A stretch of 32,000 nucleotides of DNA from Flavobacteriaceae bacterium (lineage in GTDB: Bacteria > Bacteroidota > Bacteroidia > Flavobacteriales > Flavobacteriaceae). The DNA lies in the NCBI GenBank assembly GCA_965224465.1, contig OZ245049.1:1080001-1112000 (forward strand), given 5' to 3'. Of the stretch, positions 1 to 8,946 are shown piece after piece. A program made the translations under genes and the position numbers. The notes beneath the pieces are model-generated. The model ran no database searches. It saw only the letters and a list, made by a program, of their open reading frames with translations, and was not told the DNA's origin. The stretch's first letter is position 1. The number at the start of each line of letters is the position of its first letter.

Positions 1-13
1 AGTAAAAATAACC

Positions 14-562
14 GTGACTAAAATAATGATACACAGTCAAAAAGTTTTTATTACAACAGCCCTTAAAACTTATCAATTAAAGGAAATTATTGTCCGAAAT
101 CACCATTTGACCAATGATTTATATCACGACATACTTAACAAACCAAAGGACAACATTCCTCAAATGAATGTAAGCCCTGCTGATTTTAAAAACTTAGATT
201 TTACAGGTGTTGCATTTGAAAAAGATCAAACAAGTAGACAAGGTCCACCATCAATAGAGCATCTTGTAAACCCAATTGGAAGAGCTGCATCAATTGCATC
301 CATTCCTAATAATCAATTAATTGCTGAACATAAACTTCGAAAAAAACTAAAAAAACAAAAAGATTTTCCTGAAAAAATAACAGCACTATTAGGGGAGAAA
401 TTTTTTACTGATAAATTACAGATTCCTCCCAACAAGATCTATCATTTCTTGAGTTATTGTGAATACAAAAAAAACACCAACCTTTACGCTCAAAACAATT
501 TATTGGCAATCATTGAAATTCTACAAGAAGAATCCAAGATATACAATACCTTAAAAAGATAA
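14..562 (+). CDS. hypothetical protein, probably the C-terminal part of a longer gene
   Basis: ORF with a GTG start at 14. The same frame has no stop back to nt 2, so the gene may begin upstream of the window. I recognise no motif. Confidence 0.4.
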   Translation: MTKIMIHSQKVFITTALKTYQLKEIIVRNHHLTNDLYHDILNKPKDNIPQMNVSPADFKNLDFTGVAFEKDQTSRQGPPSIEHLVNPIGRAASIASIPNNQLIAEHKLRKKLKKQKDFPEKITALLGEKFFTDKLQIPPNKIYHFLSYCEYKKNTNLYAQNNLLAIIEILQEESKIYNTLKR

Positions 563-610
563 GAGATCATGAGGGATTATAGGAATGATTTTTGTTCATT
601 AGCCGTTTAA

Positions 611-770
611 TACCAATTACAATCTAAAATAACGGATATAAACAGTTTATTTCACGTTCCAACATTGTTAAAAACAGAATAATAGCTAAGGCTATCCATT
701 CATTTTTTGACTAGCTAAAACAAAAAATAATTCCATTTCTAAACCGTCACTTGGAAATTAAACTGGTGTA
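611..770 (+). repeat. MITE-like intergenic repeat, copy 1 (full length, most diverged)
   Basis: Aligns by eye with the copies at 7076, 20269 and 23922. Left end TACCAATTACAATCTAAAA, centre AATAGCTAAGGCTATCC, right end TTCCATTTCTAAACCGTCACTTGGAAAT. It ends 13 nt before the ATG at 783. Confidence 0.75.
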
Positions 771-782
771 AAACACCCAATT

Positions 783-1286
783 ATGAGAAAACTTTTATTT
801 AAAATAGGTATAACAATGGCACTACTTCCTTTGTTAGCATTTGGTGTTCACAAGTACTATATCAGTTTAACCCAAATAGAATACGTAAAAGAAAGTGCTT
901 CCTTACAAATTATAAGTCGTTATTTTATCAACGATTTGGAACACACTTTAGACAAAGATTACCAACAAGATTTTCAACTCAACACAAAACAAGAAATAGA
1001 TAGTGTAGATATATATTTTCAAGAGTACTTGGAAAAAAACCTTCGATTTACTATTAATGATTCCCTTTCAAATTTCAACTATATAGGAAAGGAGTATGAC
1101 GATGATATCATTTATTTCTATTTAGAAATACCAAATATTAAGACATTACAATCCATAGAAATAAAGAACACTGCGCTCTTTAAATATTTTCCTGACCAAC
1201 AGAATATTACCAAATTAAAAATCAACAATACACACACTACTTTTTACCTAAGTAAACAAAAAGATAAAGGTTTGTTAAATTTTTAG
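783..1286 (+). CDS. DUF6702-family protein with signal peptide
   Basis: The N-terminal signal peptide followed by HKYYISLTQIEY matches my recollection of the DUF6702 family. In Flavobacteriia this family typically sits just upstream of an M1 peptidase gene, as it does here. Confidence 0.65.
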   Translation: MRKLLFKIGITMALLPLLAFGVHKYYISLTQIEYVKESASLQIISRYFINDLEHTLDKDYQQDFQLNTKQEIDSVDIYFQEYLEKNLRFTINDSLSNFNYIGKEYDDDIIYFYLEIPNIKTLQSIEIKNTALFKYFPDQQNITKLKINNTHTTFYLSKQKDKGLLNF

Positions 1287-1346
1287 ATAGATTGTTAAAA
1301 TCATTTTAAAAAAAGTAATTTCGACCTAATATAACTCATTGAATCC

Positions 1347-3599
1347 ATGAAACATCTCGCTACATTACTCCTAGCCATCTTCTGTGTCAGTACGATATCT
1401 GCCCAAGAAATAAAGAATAACAAGGGGCATTATAATACAAGTAAATTCAGACAGTTAAAACAGGAATTACCAACTCCAAATAAACAGCACACGGCATCTG
1501 GAGCTCCAGGATCTGGATATACTCAACAGAAAGTAGATTATGTAATGGATATTACATTAGATGATGCACATCAAAAATTATATGGTTTTGAGAAAATTAC
1601 GTATCATAATAATTCAGGAGACCCACTCACCTACTTATGGGTACAATTAGATCAAAACATTCGGGAGTCTCATACAAGAAATGATGAGATTAGCACACGA
1701 AAAACGAGACCTTTATACAGTCCTAAGCAATTTTCAGATAAATTTTTATCCAAAGGATTTGACGGAGGTTTTAAATTAGAAGAAATAAAAGACAGCAAGG
1801 GAAACGATTTATCCTACAAGATAAACTGGACCATGATGCGTATAGATTTACCAGAGCCAATAGCACCTGGAGGTAGCTTTGAATTTAGTATTAAATGGTG
1901 GTATAACATCAATAACTACTTTATAGACGGCGGAAGATCTGGCTACGAACTCTTTGAGAATGATGGAAATCGATTATTCATTATCGCTCAATTTTTCCCT
2001 AGACTTGCGGTGTATAACAATGTTGATGGTTGGCAAAACGCACAATTTTGGGGCACAGGAGAATTTGCGTTGGAATTTGGAGACTACACCGTAAATATTA
2101 CAACACCTAGTGACCATATACTCAACGGAACAGGATTGATAACTAATTTAGAAAAGGTAATTAGCAAAAAACAATACAGTCGCTTTTTGGCTGCTCAAAA
2201 ATCTTTTGACCGTCCTGTAATTATTGTTACAGAAAAAGAAGCAGCTGCCGCTTCCAAAAAAGCATCAACTAAAACAAAGACATGGACCTTAGAAGCAAAA
2301 AACGTTCGAGATTTTGCGTTTTCAAGTTCTAGACGCTTTATTTGGGATGGGATGGCTGTTCAATTAGACAGTAAAAAAGTAATGGCATATTCCTTGTATC
2401 CAAAAGAAGGAAACCCACTATGGGAGAATCACTCTTCTAGAGTTGTAGCCAATACATTAAAGGAATATTCAAAATTCACGTTTGATTATCCGTATCCCAA
2501 AGCAATTTCTATAAATGCAGACAGGCAAGGAATGGAATATCCTATGATTTGCTGGAACTATGGTCGACCTACTAAGGAAGGTGTTATTTCAGACAGATTA
2601 AAGAGAGGAATGATAGGCGTTATCACCCACGAAATTGGTCATAATTTCTTTCCAATGATCGTGAATTCTGATGAAAGAAAATGGTCTTGGATGGATGAAG
2701 GAATCAATACTTTTGTGCAAATTTATGCTCAGGAAAGCTATGACTCTAAATTATTCCCTACCTCTAAATACCCAAAAAATATTATTGGATATATGGCTGG
2801 AAATCAAGATAACTTAACACCTATCATGACCAACAGTGAAGATGTAAAACAATTTGGATCAAATGCTTACCACAAACCTGCAGCAGGTTTATTTATACTA
2901 AGAGAGACCATAATGGGGCATGAATTATTTGATTACGCCTTTAAAACATATGCCAACCGTTGGAAATTCAAACACCCAACTCCTGCCGATTTTTTCAGAA
3001 CTATGGAAGACGCATCTGCAATGGATTTAGACTGGTACTGGAGAGGATGGTTCTACACAACAAGAAATAATGACATTGGAATTAAACATGTTAAATCTTA
3101 TAGACTGACAGATAAGAAAACAAAAAGGGCCACCGAATTGTTGAAAAAATACAAAAAAAACATTGATGATATCCCTGCTTCTTTATATCTAATTTCAGAA
3201 GACAGTGATGATTTTAAGAGCGCGTATTCGAATCAAAAACCACAAGATTTGAAAATACTAAAAGCGTATCTAAAAAAACACGAAGAAACATTTAAGCTCA
3301 CCGACATTCCTAATTATTTTTACGAAATTGTTTTTGAAAAACCAGGAGGCTTAATTATGCCTATTATTGTAGAGTACCAGTTTGAAGATGGATCTAAAAA
3401 ACGCCTTCAGTACCCTGCTCAAATTTGGAGAAAGAATGACAAAGAAGTTACTAAAGTTTTTACTTCGTCAAAAAAGGTGATTTCAATTGTGATAGACCCA
3501 GACAAACAGACTGCCGATGTAGACGAATCAAATAACAATTGGCCAAAAAAGAAAGACAACAAATTTGATTCTTTCAAAAAGAACGCGATTAAAGGATAA
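1347..3599 (+). CDS. M1-family zinc metallopeptidase (secreted), paralog 1
   Basis: Signal peptide. Gluzincin motif HEIGHNFF followed by WMDEG, and QGMEYP in place of the GAMEN exopeptidase motif. 750 aa. Confidence 0.9.
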   Translation: MKHLATLLLAIFCVSTISAQEIKNNKGHYNTSKFRQLKQELPTPNKQHTASGAPGSGYTQQKVDYVMDITLDDAHQKLYGFEKITYHNNSGDPLTYLWVQLDQNIRESHTRNDEISTRKTRPLYSPKQFSDKFLSKGFDGGFKLEEIKDSKGNDLSYKINWTMMRIDLPEPIAPGGSFEFSIKWWYNINNYFIDGGRSGYELFENDGNRLFIIAQFFPRLAVYNNVDGWQNAQFWGTGEFALEFGDYTVNITTPSDHILNGTGLITNLEKVISKKQYSRFLAAQKSFDRPVIIVTEKEAAAASKKASTKTKTWTLEAKNVRDFAFSSSRRFIWDGMAVQLDSKKVMAYSLYPKEGNPLWENHSSRVVANTLKEYSKFTFDYPYPKAISINADRQGMEYPMICWNYGRPTKEGVISDRLKRGMIGVITHEIGHNFFPMIVNSDERKWSWMDEGINTFVQIYAQESYDSKLFPTSKYPKNIIGYMAGNQDNLTPIMTNSEDVKQFGSNAYHKPAAGLFILRETIMGHELFDYAFKTYANRWKFKHPTPADFFRTMEDASAMDLDWYWRGWFYTTRNNDIGIKHVKSYRLTDKKTKRATELLKKYKKNIDDIPASLYLISEDSDDFKSAYSNQKPQDLKILKAYLKKHEETFKLTDIPNYFYEIVFEKPGGLIMPIIVEYQFEDGSKKRLQYPAQIWRKNDKEVTKVFTSSKKVISIVIDPDKQTADVDESNNNWPKKKDNKFDSFKKNAIKG

Positions 3600-3607
3600 A
3601 AAATCAT

Positions 3608-3675
3608 AAAAAACCATCCAAGAAATAAGTTTCGTACACCTAAAAAACGACTTATTTCTTGGATGGTTTTTTTAT
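3608..3675 (+). terminator. rho-independent terminator with bidirectional architecture
   Basis: Perfect 23-bp stem: AAAAAACCATCCAAGAAATAAGT at 3608-3630 pairs with ACTTATTTCTTGGATGGTTTTTT at 3650-3672. The loop is 19 nt and a T-run follows. It begins 9 nt after the stop of peptidase 1. Confidence 0.85.
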
Positions 3676-3712
3676 GTTCACATTTTCCATTAGATTAGCA
3701 TCAACTACACGA

Positions 3713-3793
3713 ACACCAATTACAATCCAAAATGATCGATATAAATAATTTGTTTTTTCTTTCTAAACTGTCAGTTGGAAATGTATTTGGTAT
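3713..3793 (+). repeat. MITE-like intergenic repeat, copy 2 (internally deleted, 81 bp)
   Basis: Keeps the left end ACACCAATTACAATCCAAAATGATCGATATAAATAATTTG and the right end TTTCTAAACTGTCAGTTGGAAATGTATTTGGTAT. The central ~80 bp is missing. Confidence 0.75.
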
Positions 3794-3811
3794 AACAAGT
3801 AACTTTTATAT

Positions 3812-5965
3812 ATGCAACATTTAAAATTAATACTGCTACTACTCCTTCCGTTGAGTATTTTTTCGCAAAAAAAAGCACATTACAACACGCATAAATTCAG
3901 ACAATTAAAACAGGAATTGCCCACTCCAAATAGTGAACATACAGCCTCAGGAGCACCTGGATACGAATACAATCAGCAACGGGTAGATTATGTAATGGAT
4001 ATTGTTTTAGACGAAAAACACAACAAGTTAACAGGAACAGAAACCATCACCTATCACAATAATTCAGACGACACTTTGGAATATTTATGGGTACAGTTAG
4101 ATCAAAACAAACGGTCCAAGAACTCAAAAACAGCACTAATCTCTCCTGAGACAATGGCTCCATTACTAAGCCCAAAAGAGTTCTCTGAAAAATATATAAA
4201 CCCTTTTAACGGCGGGTTTAACATTGTAGCTGTACAGGATCAACAAAACAAAAGTTTAAACTACCATGTTAATTACACCATGATGCGGATTCAGTTACCC
4301 ACCCCGCTAGCGCCTGGTACTATTTTTAAATTTAGTATCCAATGGTGGTATCACATTAATAATTTTGTTGAATTAGGAGGGCGATCAGGATTTGAGCACT
4401 TCCCAAAAGATGGAAATAACGTATATATTATTGCGCAATTCTTTCCTAGATTGGCTGTTTATGACAATGTAGAAGGATGGCAAAACCAACAATTTTGGGG
4501 ACGTAGTGAATGGGCCTTAGAATTTGGAGATTATCAAGTAGACATCACAGTTCCCGCAGACCATATATTAGATGGAACGGGTAGATTAACCAACCGAAAA
4601 GAAGTGTTTTCTCCCCAACAATTTAAACGATATAAAAAAGCTCAAAAAACCTATAGCAAACCCGTAATTATTGTTTCTCAGAAAGAAGTAATTCGCAAAG
4701 AAAACACACAAAAAAACACGACTAAAACATGGAAGCTAAAAGCAAAAAACGTCCGTGATTTTGCCTTTGCAAGTTCTCGTAAGTTTATTTTTGATGCCAT
4801 GGCTGTCGACATTAATGGAACACGTGTAATGGCACATTCGCTATACCCAAAGGAAGGAAATCCACTTTGGGAGGAGTACTCAACCAAGGCAATAAAAGTA
4901 GCATTGGAAGCCTATTCCGATTACACTTTTGACTACCCATACCACAAAGCCATTTCTGTTCACGCAAAAAACCAAGGAATGGAATATCCGATGATTTGTT
5001 GGAACAGAGGACGTCCAAATAAAGATGGAACCTATAACGATCGCACCAAACGTAAAATGATCAGCGTAATTATTCACGAAGTAGGGCATAATTTTTTCCC
5101 AATGATTGTAAATTCAGACGAACGCCAATGGACTTGGATGGATGAAGGTCTAAATTCTTTTATTCAGTATTTTGCAGAACAACGTTTAGAAAAAGGCTAC
5201 CCATCTCGACGAGGACCTGCTCAAAAAATAGTTGGATATATGAGTGGAGATCAATCCCAAATAGCTCCTATTATGAGTAAAGGTGATGACACTTATCAAT
5301 TTGGTGCTAATGCCTATGCTAAACCAGCAACCGCACTTCACATCCTAAGAAACTTAGTAATGGGACCCGAACTTTTTGACCATGCATTTAAAACATATTC
5401 GAAAAGATGGAAGTTTAAACACCCAACTCCTGCAGATTTTTTTAGAACCATGGAAGATGCATCTGCAATGGACTTAGATTGGTTCTGGAGAGGTTGGTTT
5501 TACTCCACAGACGTGGTTGATATAGGAATTAAATCTGTCACTTCTTATGCATTTATTACAAAGAAAAACATCAAGGAAAATAAAATAGAAATAGTGCGTA
5601 AAAAAATAAAATTTAAGGAACGTATCTCAAAAAAACTACTTGCAAGTACTACCTATAAGCATATATCTAGTACTCCTTCTTCCATCCCCAACTATGTATA
5701 TGAAATAGACTTTTCAAAACCAGGAGGATTAATTATGCCTATTATAGTACACTATATATTTACAGATGGATCTTCCGAACGTATTGTATACCCTGCTCAG
5801 GTGTGGAGAAAGAATGAACATGTTTTCAAAAAAACATATACATCACACAAGCAATTAAAACAAATAGTAATAGATCCATTGTTAGAATCCGCAGATGTAG
5901 ACACTTCTAATAACTATTGGCCTGTACTAAAAATCAGTGCATTTGATCGCTTTAAAAATAAATAA
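3812..5965 (+). CDS. M1-family zinc metallopeptidase (secreted), paralog 2
   Basis: Colinear with 1347..3599 along most of its length, for example HYNT.KFRQLKQELPTPN, HEVGHNFF...WMDEG and KPGGLIMPIIV. 717 aa. Confidence 0.9.
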   Translation: MQHLKLILLLLLPLSIFSQKKAHYNTHKFRQLKQELPTPNSEHTASGAPGYEYNQQRVDYVMDIVLDEKHNKLTGTETITYHNNSDDTLEYLWVQLDQNKRSKNSKTALISPETMAPLLSPKEFSEKYINPFNGGFNIVAVQDQQNKSLNYHVNYTMMRIQLPTPLAPGTIFKFSIQWWYHINNFVELGGRSGFEHFPKDGNNVYIIAQFFPRLAVYDNVEGWQNQQFWGRSEWALEFGDYQVDITVPADHILDGTGRLTNRKEVFSPQQFKRYKKAQKTYSKPVIIVSQKEVIRKENTQKNTTKTWKLKAKNVRDFAFASSRKFIFDAMAVDINGTRVMAHSLYPKEGNPLWEEYSTKAIKVALEAYSDYTFDYPYHKAISVHAKNQGMEYPMICWNRGRPNKDGTYNDRTKRKMISVIIHEVGHNFFPMIVNSDERQWTWMDEGLNSFIQYFAEQRLEKGYPSRRGPAQKIVGYMSGDQSQIAPIMSKGDDTYQFGANAYAKPATALHILRNLVMGPELFDHAFKTYSKRWKFKHPTPADFFRTMEDASAMDLDWFWRGWFYSTDVVDIGIKSVTSYAFITKKNIKENKIEIVRKKIKFKERISKKLLASTTYKHISSTPSSIPNYVYEIDFSKPGGLIMPIIVHYIFTDGSSERIVYPAQVWRKNEHVFKKTYTSHKQLKQIVIDPLLESADVDTSNNYWPVLKISAFDRFKNK

Positions 5966-6042
5966 AAAAGTGTATCGCTAATGCCCATTTATTTTTGGAT
6001 AGTAGGATTGTTATATTGACTTATTCTTTACAAGTTAAAATA

Positions 6043-6078
6043 GCTTAGCATACCTTTGTTATACTAAGCTGTTTTTTT
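6043..6078. terminator. hairpin terminator between convergent genes
   Basis: AGCTTAG at 6043-6049 pairs with CTAAGCT at 6064-6070, followed by GTTTTTTT. It lies between the + peptidase gene and the - thioredoxin-like gene. Confidence 0.6.
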
Positions 6079-6133
6079 AAATAAATCATAAAAAATAAGA
6101 CAACGCTACACTATAAGGATCTATTAATGGAGA

Positions 6134-6982
6134 CTAAACGCGTACATACTTTTGTGCCTTCTTATAATAATGACTATAATCAGGGTTAGAACCTAATTTT
6201 TTTAACATTTCGTCTTCAACAAGGTAATTTTTTGTTTGATACGCACTGTAATATTTTATAAAAAAGAAAAGACCCTCATTTTTCTTGTCAACAATTTTAA
6301 ATGTTTTATCTATTTTTTTTAAAACACTTCTAGCATTACCAAAATACGATTTATTTAATATTCGAAGCAATTCAATTCGCTCATCTGTTATTGGCTTGTC
6401 ACATTTTTTATTCAGTTTTTTTGATTTCTTTAAATATTTATTGCTTTTCTTTAAAAAAGCCACTCTTGCATCTTTTTTTAAAACAACCGCATAATCTTGG
6501 TATTTCTGAGCCAATCTCATATTCAAACCTACATGTTCAGGCTTTTTTAACAATATTTGAGTCGCTCTATTAATCCCTGCTAAGTTGACAGAAAAATTTA
6601 TTAATAATTTTTTAACAAACTGCTTATCTTTATATCCAACAGATTTATAAAGTGCTCCTCCCCAACTATCTACTATCATTAGTGTAGGAATCCCGCGTGC
6701 ATTATATTTTTGAGCATTTTTTACATCAATGTCTACATCTATTTTAACTGGAATAAAATTAGCCATTAACACTTTGATCTCTTCTTTCCCCCAAACATCA
6801 CTGTCCATTTTCTTACAAGGCCCACACCAATGCGCCCAAAAATCGAGTAATATAGGTTTGTTTGTTGCTTGAGATAGTTTTTTTGCATTCTCCAATGAAG
6901 ACATCCAAAGGATGGAATCTGCCTTCATATTACCCATAAATAATAGAACTACAAGAGCACTAAATATCACTTCTTTTTTCAT
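6134..6982 (-). CDS. secreted thioredoxin-fold protein with a long C-terminal extension
   Basis: WCGPC active-site motif in DFWAHWCGPCKKMD. I place the start at the internal ATG at 6982, giving MKKEVIFSALVVLLF, because this yields a signal peptide. The track ORF extends to 7039. Confidence 0.8.
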   Translation of the reverse strand: MKKEVIFSALVVLLFMGNMKADSILWMSSLENAKKLSQATNKPILLDFWAHWCGPCKKMDSDVWGKEEIKVLMANFIPVKIDVDIDVKNAQKYNARGIPTLMIVDSWGGALYKSVGYKDKQFVKKLLINFSVNLAGINRATQILLKKPEHVGLNMRLAQKYQDYAVVLKKDARVAFLKKSNKYLKKSKKLNKKCDKPITDERIELLRILNKSYFGNARSVLKKIDKTFKIVDKKNEGLFFFIKYYSAYQTKNYLVEDEMLKKLGSNPDYSHYYKKAQKYVRV

Positions 6983-7075
6983 ATCAATTACTTTTACATT
7001 AATTTCAATTACTAGTGTAAGGTAATGATCTTTAAACAAATCACATAGCGTGCATACCGAATAAAATAAGTTATA

Positions 7076-7235
7076 ATATTAATTACACTCCAAAATGATA
7101 GCTATAAATAGTTTATTCTACGTTCTAGCCTTGTTAAAAAACAGAACGATAGCTAAAGCTATCCATCCATTTTTCACCTAGCCAAACAAAAAAAAATTCC
7201 ATTTATAAACCTTCACTTAAAAATGTATTTGATAT
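7076..7235 (+). repeat. MITE-like intergenic repeat, copy 3 (full length)
   Basis: Contains AATTACACTCCAAAATGATAGCTATAAATAGTTTATTCTACGTTCTAGCCTTGTTAAAAAACAGAACGATAGCTAAAGCTATCC and then AATTCCATTTATAAACCTTCACTTAAAAATGTATTTGATAT. Confidence 0.8.
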
Positions 7236-7252
7236 AAGTAATAATATAGCAA

Positions 7253-7747
7253 TTATTTCGGAAGTTTCACTTTTAAGGTTTCTAAGATATTATAAACTGC
7301 AGGACAAATCTCAGTATTTATGATCGTTAACTCTGATAATTGGATGAATTTACGACGGTTTGTGTGAGGATATTCACTACATGCTTTTGGTCTCACATCA
7401 TAGATAAAACAAGAATTATCGGTATCTAAAAAAGCACATGGAGATTCTTTTAGCACATAAAAATCATCTTCATCACGATCCAAATAAGTCGCTATAAAAC
7501 GTACCTCTTTCATTTTTAAATGCTTTGAAATACGCATAATATCTCTTTCTGTAAAAATAGGACTTGTAGTTTTGCAGCAGTTCCCACAATCCAAACAATC
7601 CGTTTTTTTAAATTCTTTTTCATGAATTTCTCTTACAATAACATCTAAATTTTTAGGTGTTCTCTTTTTCAATCGTTGAAAATATTTTTTATTCTCCACT
7701 AATTTTTCTTTCGACAATTCTCCTAATTCTTCTAATGATGGTTTCAT
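7253..7747 (-). CDS. YkgJ-family cysteine-cluster protein (UPF0153-like)
   Basis: CLDCGNCC cluster (CxxCxxCC) plus downstream Cys residues (SPCAFL, NSCFIY, ACSEYP, ICP). Confidence 0.75.
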   Translation of the reverse strand: MKPSLEELGELSKEKLVENKKYFQRLKKRTPKNLDVIVREIHEKEFKKTDCLDCGNCCKTTSPIFTERDIMRISKHLKMKEVRFIATYLDRDEDDFYVLKESPCAFLDTDNSCFIYDVRPKACSEYPHTNRRKFIQLSELTIINTEICPAVYNILETLKVKLPK

Positions 7748-7863
7748 ACGTAAATTTATAGTTTGCGAAAATACAACATTTTAAGTTTCCCACCATTGCT
7801 TTTCTGCACTCGTGTTTACCCGAAAAACATATTGACTATCAAGCGGTTAAAAAAATTGAAGAA

Positions 7864-7891
7864 ACAAAAAACCAGATAAAGTCCTTTTATC
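7864..7891 (-). terminator. candidate rho-independent terminator for the SatD-like/DUF3307 operon
   Basis: AGATAAA at 7874-7880 pairs with TTTATCT at 7885-7891 around a 4-nt loop. On the minus strand the hairpin is followed by GGTTTTTTG. Confidence 0.5.
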
Positions 7892-7912
7892 TAATCCCCT
7901 TATTAAGAGTTT

Positions 7913-8033
7913 ACACCAATTCCAACCCAAAAAGACCGATATAAATAATTTGTTTTACGTGCTGGCGTTGTTGAAAATTTAATTAAAAAAACAATTCCAT
8001 TTCTAAACCGTCACTTGGAAATATATTTGGTAT
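7913..8033 (+). repeat. MITE-like intergenic repeat, copy 4 (internally deleted, 121 bp)
   Basis: Contains ACACCAATTCCAACCCAAAAAGACCGATATAAATAATTTGTTTTACG and then AATTCCATTTCTAAACCGTCACTTGGAAATATATTTGGTAT. The GATAGC hairpin segment is missing. Confidence 0.75.
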
Positions 8034-8220
8034 TAATTCTCCGAGACTCTGCCTAGAAGTAAAAAATAATCTTTCCGAAGTATAGCTCGTACCCTTGGGG
8101 AGAGGCTGTTGATTCCTTAAATAGATACATTACCTGAAATCAGGGACATTCACAAAAAAAATCGACTAATAGATTATTAAACAACAAGATACATGTACTT
8201 TCTCAAAAACACAGAACAAT

Positions 8221-8946
8221 CTAAGCCGTAAGAAACTTCAAAAACACCCCTACCAAAATTGTAACCGTAAAGCTCAGTAAAGAACCTATTAAAATATATT
8301 CCGTTAATTTTCTATCCTTTTTCTGTGTTAAATCTCCAAATCTAAAAATAGATTTTGCAGCCAATAAAAACCCAATGGCAGTAAATTGATTGATCAATAT
8401 AAAGGTTAGAATTAAAACCCGCTCCAACATGCCTATCCATTTTCCAGCATTTTTAAGACTTGCCCCCTTTTCTTCTTCTAATTCAGTATTCCATTTTTTT
8501 GTAAGTTGATACATCACAATAGACACTGGCTGAAGAATTATTACATAGCCCATAAGATATAACCAGAATTTTTTAGCATCTAATACTTTAGAAAAAGCAG
8601 CAAAAATTATTGAAAACTGACCATAAAAGGCAGCCCAAATAATAACAATACCCAATACATGAGCAAACTGGTCAATAATAAACCATGTCATTGATTTTTT
8701 TTGATACAATTTTATGACATCAATACTAAAATGTATAGACATAATTAAAACTGGAACAAATAATTCACCCCATTTCCCAATAAATACATACGCCAATACA
8801 CCATGAAGAATAACATGGAGGTATAAATAAACAGATTTTATTTTTTTTCGCTCTTTTTGTTTCACCCAATAAGTTGGCTGCAATAAAAAATCACCGAGGA
8901 TATGCGCTACCAATAACTGCACTAATATAAGTGTAAAGTCTGTCAT
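8221..8946 (-). CDS. DUF3307-family integral membrane protein (SatE-like partner of SatD)
   Basis: N-terminal AHILGDFLLQ motif and multiple TM helices. The start ATG directly abuts the stop of the upstream SatD-like gene (TAGATG). Confidence 0.7.
   Translation of the reverse strand: MTDFTLILVQLLVAHILGDFLLQPTYWVKQKERKKIKSVYLYLHVILHGVLAYVFIGKWGELFVPVLIMSIHFSIDVIKLYQKKSMTWFIIDQFAHVLGIVIIWAAFYGQFSIIFAAFSKVLDAKKFWLYLMGYVIILQPVSIVMYQLTKKWNTELEEEKGASLKNAGKWIGMLERVLILTFILINQFTAIGFLLAAKSIFRFGDLTQKKDRKLTEYILIGSLLSFTVTILVGVFLKFLTA

Noticed and set aside
566-595. A possible terminator after the first ORF (ATCAT...ATGAT followed by TTTTTG).
   Set aside because: The stem is only 5 bp with a 14-nt loop, which is too weak to distinguish from chance in AT-rich sequence.
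8036-8160. A relatively GC-richer non-coding patch (CCGAGACTCTGCCTAGAAG...CCCTTGGGGAGAGGCTGTTGATTCC...CCTGAAATCAGGG) lies between repeat copy 4 and the DUF3307 gene. It could be a small RNA or riboswitch.
   Set aside because: I found only 4-5-bp stems, no match to any RNA family I can recognise (tRNA T-loop, SRP, 6S, common riboswitch cores), and stops in all six frames. I cannot support a call without a covariance-model scan.
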